Shown here piece by piece: positions 60,270 to 64,000 of a DNA stretch of 64,000 nt; position 1 is the first letter of the stretch, and each line of letters opens with the position of its first letter. Made by a program: the position numbers and the translations under genes. The notes under the pieces are model-generated. The model was not told the DNA's origin. It searched no databases and saw only the letters and a list, made by a program, of their open reading frames with translations. Origin of the DNA: an uncultured delta proteobacterium (GTDB lineage Bacteria; Desulfobacterota; Desulfobacteria; Desulfobacterales; JAFDCJ01); contig CAVYNY010000011.1 in assembly GCA_963769935.1 (NCBI GenBank), forward strand, positions 384,001-448,000. The letters run 5' to 3'.

Positions 60270-61178
60270 CTACTCCTTGGCACCGGCCTCCATCAATATC
60301 TTGAACAGGATCAGATCGCGCTTCTTCAAGGCATATGCCAGAGCCGTCATTTCCGTCTTATCTTTCGCATTGACATCGGCACCCTTTTCGATTAAAAGTT
60401 CGACGACGGCGGTGCGATCCTCCGGAGCACTGGCAGCATAGATCAGCGCGGTCTGTCCGTCCCTGGTGCGGGTGTTCACCCTGGCCCCCTGCGAGATCAG
60501 CATGGCGGCGATATCCGTTTTGCCTTTCATGGCCGCCACCATCAAAGGCGTCTCGTCCGCCGATACGCCTTTTACATCTCCGGCATTGACGTCCGCACCG
60601 CTTGAAATCAGAAGCCTGACGACCGGCTCCTGCCCTTCGATAATGGCCTCCATCAGGGCCGTATTACCGGCATTGTTGACCCTTTTTAGATCGGCACCCG
60701 CGTTTAGCAGGGTCTGGACCGTGTCGGCATGCCCGTTCATACTGGCCTCGTGCAAGGCGGTTGATTTCCACTGGGAGGCGGCATTGACATCGGCGCCCTT
60801 TTCCAGCAAAAGTTTAACAATTGCCGTATGGCCGTTTTGGGCGGCATTCATCAAGGCCGTTCGTTGAGCCAGGTCGGCGGAATTGACGTCGGCATTTTTG
60901 GAGAGCAGCAGTTTGACCATATCAAGATTACCCTGTTCAGCAGCCAGCACTAACCCGGATTCACCGAATTCGTTTCTGGCGTCGACATCCATGCCGATTG
61001 CCAGAAACCAGCCGACCACCTCGATATTTCCGCTCTCGATGTGACCGATCATTGCTTCAGTCGTGTAAGGGATGTTTTCCTGGGCCAGTTCGGTGCGTGC
61101 GGCTTGCGGAGTGATGGCAAAGCCCGGTAAACTGGTCAGAATCAGAAAAAAAACAATCAGGCATACCATTTGTTTCAT
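60270..61178 (-). CDS. Secreted ankyrin-repeat protein
   Basis: Signal peptide followed by about seven TALMxAAxxG..V.LLL..GADVN repeats. Confidence 0.92.
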   Translation of the reverse strand: MKQMVCLIVFFLILTSLPGFAITPQAARTELAQENIPYTTEAMIGHIESGNIEVVGWFLAIGMDVDARNEFGESGLVLAAEQGNLDMVKLLLSKNADVNSADLAQRTALMNAAQNGHTAIVKLLLEKGADVNAASQWKSTALHEASMNGHADTVQTLLNAGADLKRVNNAGNTALMEAIIEGQEPVVRLLISSGADVNAGDVKGVSADETPLMVAAMKGKTDIAAMLISQGARVNTRTRDGQTALIYAASAPEDRTAVVELLIEKGADVNAKDKTEMTALAYALKKRDLILFKILMEAGAKE

Positions 61179-61426
61179 CGCAGGACCTCGCTGTTTACCT
61201 TAAATCGGCTGGAGGATAAAATAATGCATCACCGTCATATCCAGGCGTTGGATTGCCGCCGGAATATTCCGTTTTTACGACGGACTTCGACACGGGTTCC
61301 CCGGATTGAGGCTAAACCCCCGGCCGGATTCATTATTGTCTTAACAAATTACTATCATACCTTGAGCTGCTTTTTCAATTTTATTTTACCTGGAGGTTTT
61401 CTGACAAATCCTGCCTGTTTCTTTGA

Positions 61427-61453
61427 TCAAGAATATCTCAAAATTACCGATAT
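61427..61453 (+). promoter_or_regulatory. sigma28 (FliA)-type promoter
   Basis: TCAA-N15-ACCGATAT, ~67 bp upstream of the 61521 start. Confidence 0.55.
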
Positions 61454-61520
61454 ACAGTGTACCGGGTCATGGGGCATTAAAACCATACGTTCATTGTACA
61501 TCTGACAAAAAGGAAAATCG

Positions 61521-62717
61521 GTGTTGCCAACCAGCAGTAATTTAAATTTATCTCATAATAACAGTGGAATATGGATTATTTCGGAGGACCGTTTTTCAGA
61601 TATCGACCTGGGCCGGGTGGTGGACGACAATTTGGACGGGCCCCACAAGGAATACAAGATATCGGATTTCGGCCGCTATCTGCTCAATCCGCGCTCGATT
61701 GAGGTCAAAAAGAAAATGATCGGCGGTGAAATCCACTACAAACAGGGGGCCTTTAAGAAAATTCGGCGGGCTTTGCGTAAAATCCTGCCCGCCCGCTCCA
61801 AAGACGGTAAAATAAATGCAGGACTCGCACCGGAAGTGATCGTTTCGCGCTTTAAACTGCGCATTCCGGCCATGCAGGATCCCGCTTTAGAGTCCTATTT
61901 GAACAAAATTTACGACCAGTTGAAAACCTACGATTCTTTTGCCAAACGATTGGCCCAGTTGGATTTGCGCCGTGTTGTGCAAGTCGTCGGAATCTGTGAG
62001 GATGTCGGCGGCAACTATTCCTACCTTAAGTTGCAGGGCAGCATCGACGAAAAAATCAAGTACCTGGGCAACTTCATTACCAAAGATGTGGGCGTCATTC
62101 TCAACAAGGCCTATATTGCCGAGGGGTTGTTCGAATTGCGAGGCTATGATTTCAAATCTTTTACCCCCGCGAAATCTTACCGTCTTTTGGCCTACAAAAG
62201 CGGCGGAGAGCCAAAGGCTTGCGTGCTGACGGGACGCAATCAGGTTGAATTTTACCTCAGCGATTATCATCTCATCAAATATCTGCATCTGCTCGAGCAG
62301 TCCCTGAGAGCCGACTCCGGTTTATGCGGGGCTTTTGGTCAGTGCCTGGCAGGCCAGGCCCAGCCGATCAAGCTGTTTTTCAATAAAAAGCTGGAAATCG
62401 ACTATGCCAAGTCCCCGCTGCCAGCCTTTTACCAGGATGTTTTTCGAACGCTCAACGTGTCGCTAAAGCAAAGGAATTTGATTAAACCGATGCTGAATTA
62501 TTTGCAGATCGGTGTATCGCTGAATTATATGTTTAATGACGACAACCGTGATGATCGAATGTTTACCCACATTTCGATTCTGCATGATTGCCGGGCACTG
62601 GAACCGCTGCGCAAGAATTTGCCGGAAGTGTTTGCCACGGTGTCGAAACTTGGATGTGCGTCGGAAGCCGGCCGGTATTACCTGCTGGACGCCATCAACG
62701 GATTTAACAATGCCTAA
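61521..62717 (+). CDS. Hypothetical protein (398 aa, no motif recognised)
   Basis: Long ORF with an AAGGA RBS; its stop overlaps the start of the next gene. Confidence 0.8.
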   Translation: MLPTSSNLNLSHNNSGIWIISEDRFSDIDLGRVVDDNLDGPHKEYKISDFGRYLLNPRSIEVKKKMIGGEIHYKQGAFKKIRRALRKILPARSKDGKINAGLAPEVIVSRFKLRIPAMQDPALESYLNKIYDQLKTYDSFAKRLAQLDLRRVVQVVGICEDVGGNYSYLKLQGSIDEKIKYLGNFITKDVGVILNKAYIAEGLFELRGYDFKSFTPAKSYRLLAYKSGGEPKACVLTGRNQVEFYLSDYHLIKYLHLLEQSLRADSGLCGAFGQCLAGQAQPIKLFFNKKLEIDYAKSPLPAFYQDVFRTLNVSLKQRNLIKPMLNYLQIGVSLNYMFNDDNRDDRMFTHISILHDCRALEPLRKNLPEVFATVSKLGCASEAGRYYLLDAINGFNNA

Positions 62718-64000
62718 CACTGACTACAAAGATAATGACTATCTGTGGATCAAAGAGCTGCTGGACTACCCGGCCAATCTGGATATACATTTGGGCAGTT
62801 TTACGGATACGTCTCAAATAAAACTGCCGCAGGATCCCATTGACGGTGTCATCTTCCAGCAGCGTGCCAAAAGCGCCATTCGAAAAATTGCCCAGAACAA
62901 AGGGCACATTCTCATGGTGGGACGGCCGGGAACCGGAAAATCCATGCTGGCCAACATGTTCAAGGAGGTGCTGGAAAAATCCCTCGGCGATTACCTGAAG
63001 CCCAAAGACGCCATCGTGGGGTATCCGGGCAAGGATCGCAACCACATTCGTTTTGCCTATGAAAATCCCGCCAGAGTGGATAAAGTGCTGGCGGATATTG
63101 AGTCGGCCATCGAAGTCGCCCGCAACAGCCTGGATGAATTCAGCCTGGCCGATCAGATTCATTCCACCCGAAAAGTTAAAATCGCGCTGATCTGCGCTAC
63201 GGCCCTGGGAATTGCCGCCGGGATTATGTTTCCGCCTGCGTTTATTGCGGCCGGGCTTACCGGCATGGGGTCCATTTTCCTGTACATGCAGGAAAACAAC
63301 CACCGCGCCCAGGAGAAAATCCAGCGGGAAGCCACCGGCGGATCGCATAACGATGTCAAATACCTGCAGGATATGGTCCCGGAGGTGTTATACGATCCGC
63401 GCCAGGACCCGGACCTGATGTCCAGAGTGTCCGAGCCCAGCGCCCGCAACATGAAAGGGGGGTTCCGGCATGACCCCTACCAGTCCGGCAATCTCCAGAC
63501 GCCCTGCCACAAGCGGGCCTATCTGGGCGCCCATGCCAAATCCCCGATCATTTATATCGACGAATTGAAAACAATGGTCAAAGTCGGCTACATGGCGGAT
63601 TTGCTGGAGATCATGCAAAACAAGAAATACATTCTCGAAGGCGGGCGCAGCACCGGAAGCGGAGCGGCGGATCGATCGGAGAACCACCTGAAGGCCGACA
63701 ACATTATCGTGGCCTGCTGCAACCATGACACCCTGCAATTTCTGCAGGATGAAGGCGACGGTGCTTTCTTGAGCCGGATCGAAGATAAGGGTGAAATCAT
63801 CCACATGGACAACGCCGTGCCGGAGACCCCGGAAAACGTCAAACAGATCGCCCAGTACGTCAAACAGGAAATCATCAACCTGGCCGCCGAATTCAAGCAA
63901 GCCTGGGGAGAGGTTATTGAAAAAGAAGGTTATGAAAGCGTCCGGAAAAGAAGCGAGCACATTTACGGCCGGGCTCTGCCGGAGGATTTCAGGTTGACTG
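62710..64000 (+). CDS. Archaeal-type (LonB) membrane-anchored ATP-dependent protease, AAA+ part (3'-truncated by window edge)
   Basis: Not in the ORF track. ATG 62710; FTDTSQIKLPQDPIDGVIFQ, Walker A GRPGTGKS, TM hairpin IALICATALGIAAGIMFPPAFIAAGLTGMGSIFLY, GFRHDPYQSGNLQTPCHKR, Walker B IIYIDE. Confidence 0.8.
   Translation, partial: MPNTDYKDNDYLWIKELLDYPANLDIHLGSFTDTSQIKLPQDPIDGVIFQQRAKSAIRKIAQNKGHILMVGRPGTGKSMLANMFKEVLEKSLGDYLKPKDAIVGYPGKDRNHIRFAYENPARVDKVLADIESAIEVARNSLDEFSLADQIHSTRKVKIALICATALGIAAGIMFPPAFIAAGLTGMGSIFLYMQENNHRAQEKIQREATGGSHNDVKYLQDMVPEVLYDPRQDPDLMSRVSEPSARNMKGGFRHDPYQSGNLQTPCHKRAYLGAHAKSPIIYIDELKTMVKVGYMADLLEIMQNKKYILEGGRSTGSGAADRSENHLKADNIIVACCNHDTLQFLQDEGDGAFLSRIEDKGEIIHMDNAVPETPENVKQIAQYVKQEIINLAAEFKQAWGEVIEKEGYESVRKRSEHIYGRALPEDFRLT

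Overview
A 64-kb bacterial chromosomal segment. Gene content and intergenic repeat style suggest an anaerobic Desulfobacterales-like deltaproteobacterium (inference). Main content: (1) a ~19-kb nitrogen-assimilation island with a NifA-type sigma54 activator, glnD-amtB-glnB-glnA, glnE, a split archaeal-style glutamate synthase and purF. It has two perfect sigma54 promoters, each with the same TACA-N4-TGTA palindrome ~116 bp upstream. (2) A mercury-methylation hgcAB pair preceded by a small 9-Cys ORF. (3) Two operons with sigma28-like promoters: an orphan GspE/PilB ATPase + HDOD pair, and an unknown 398-aa protein coupled to an archaeal-type membrane-anchored LonB. (4) Envelope and housekeeping genes (ydbH-ynbE-ydbL, asmA, ybbA-ybbP-tesA, sodC, S1 paralog, htpX, trxB, dinB, aroK, ychF-like, FabH-like). 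(5) A decayed accessory patch at 4.8-7.1 kb. (6) Several families of palindromic 7/8/9-mer-repeat elements filling many intergenic spaces. Three +1 frameshifts (one in gltB3/D, two in dpaL) may be sequencing errors. I recognised no rRNA, tRNA, CRISPR array or transposase. All calls come from motif recognition by eye; no database searches were run.
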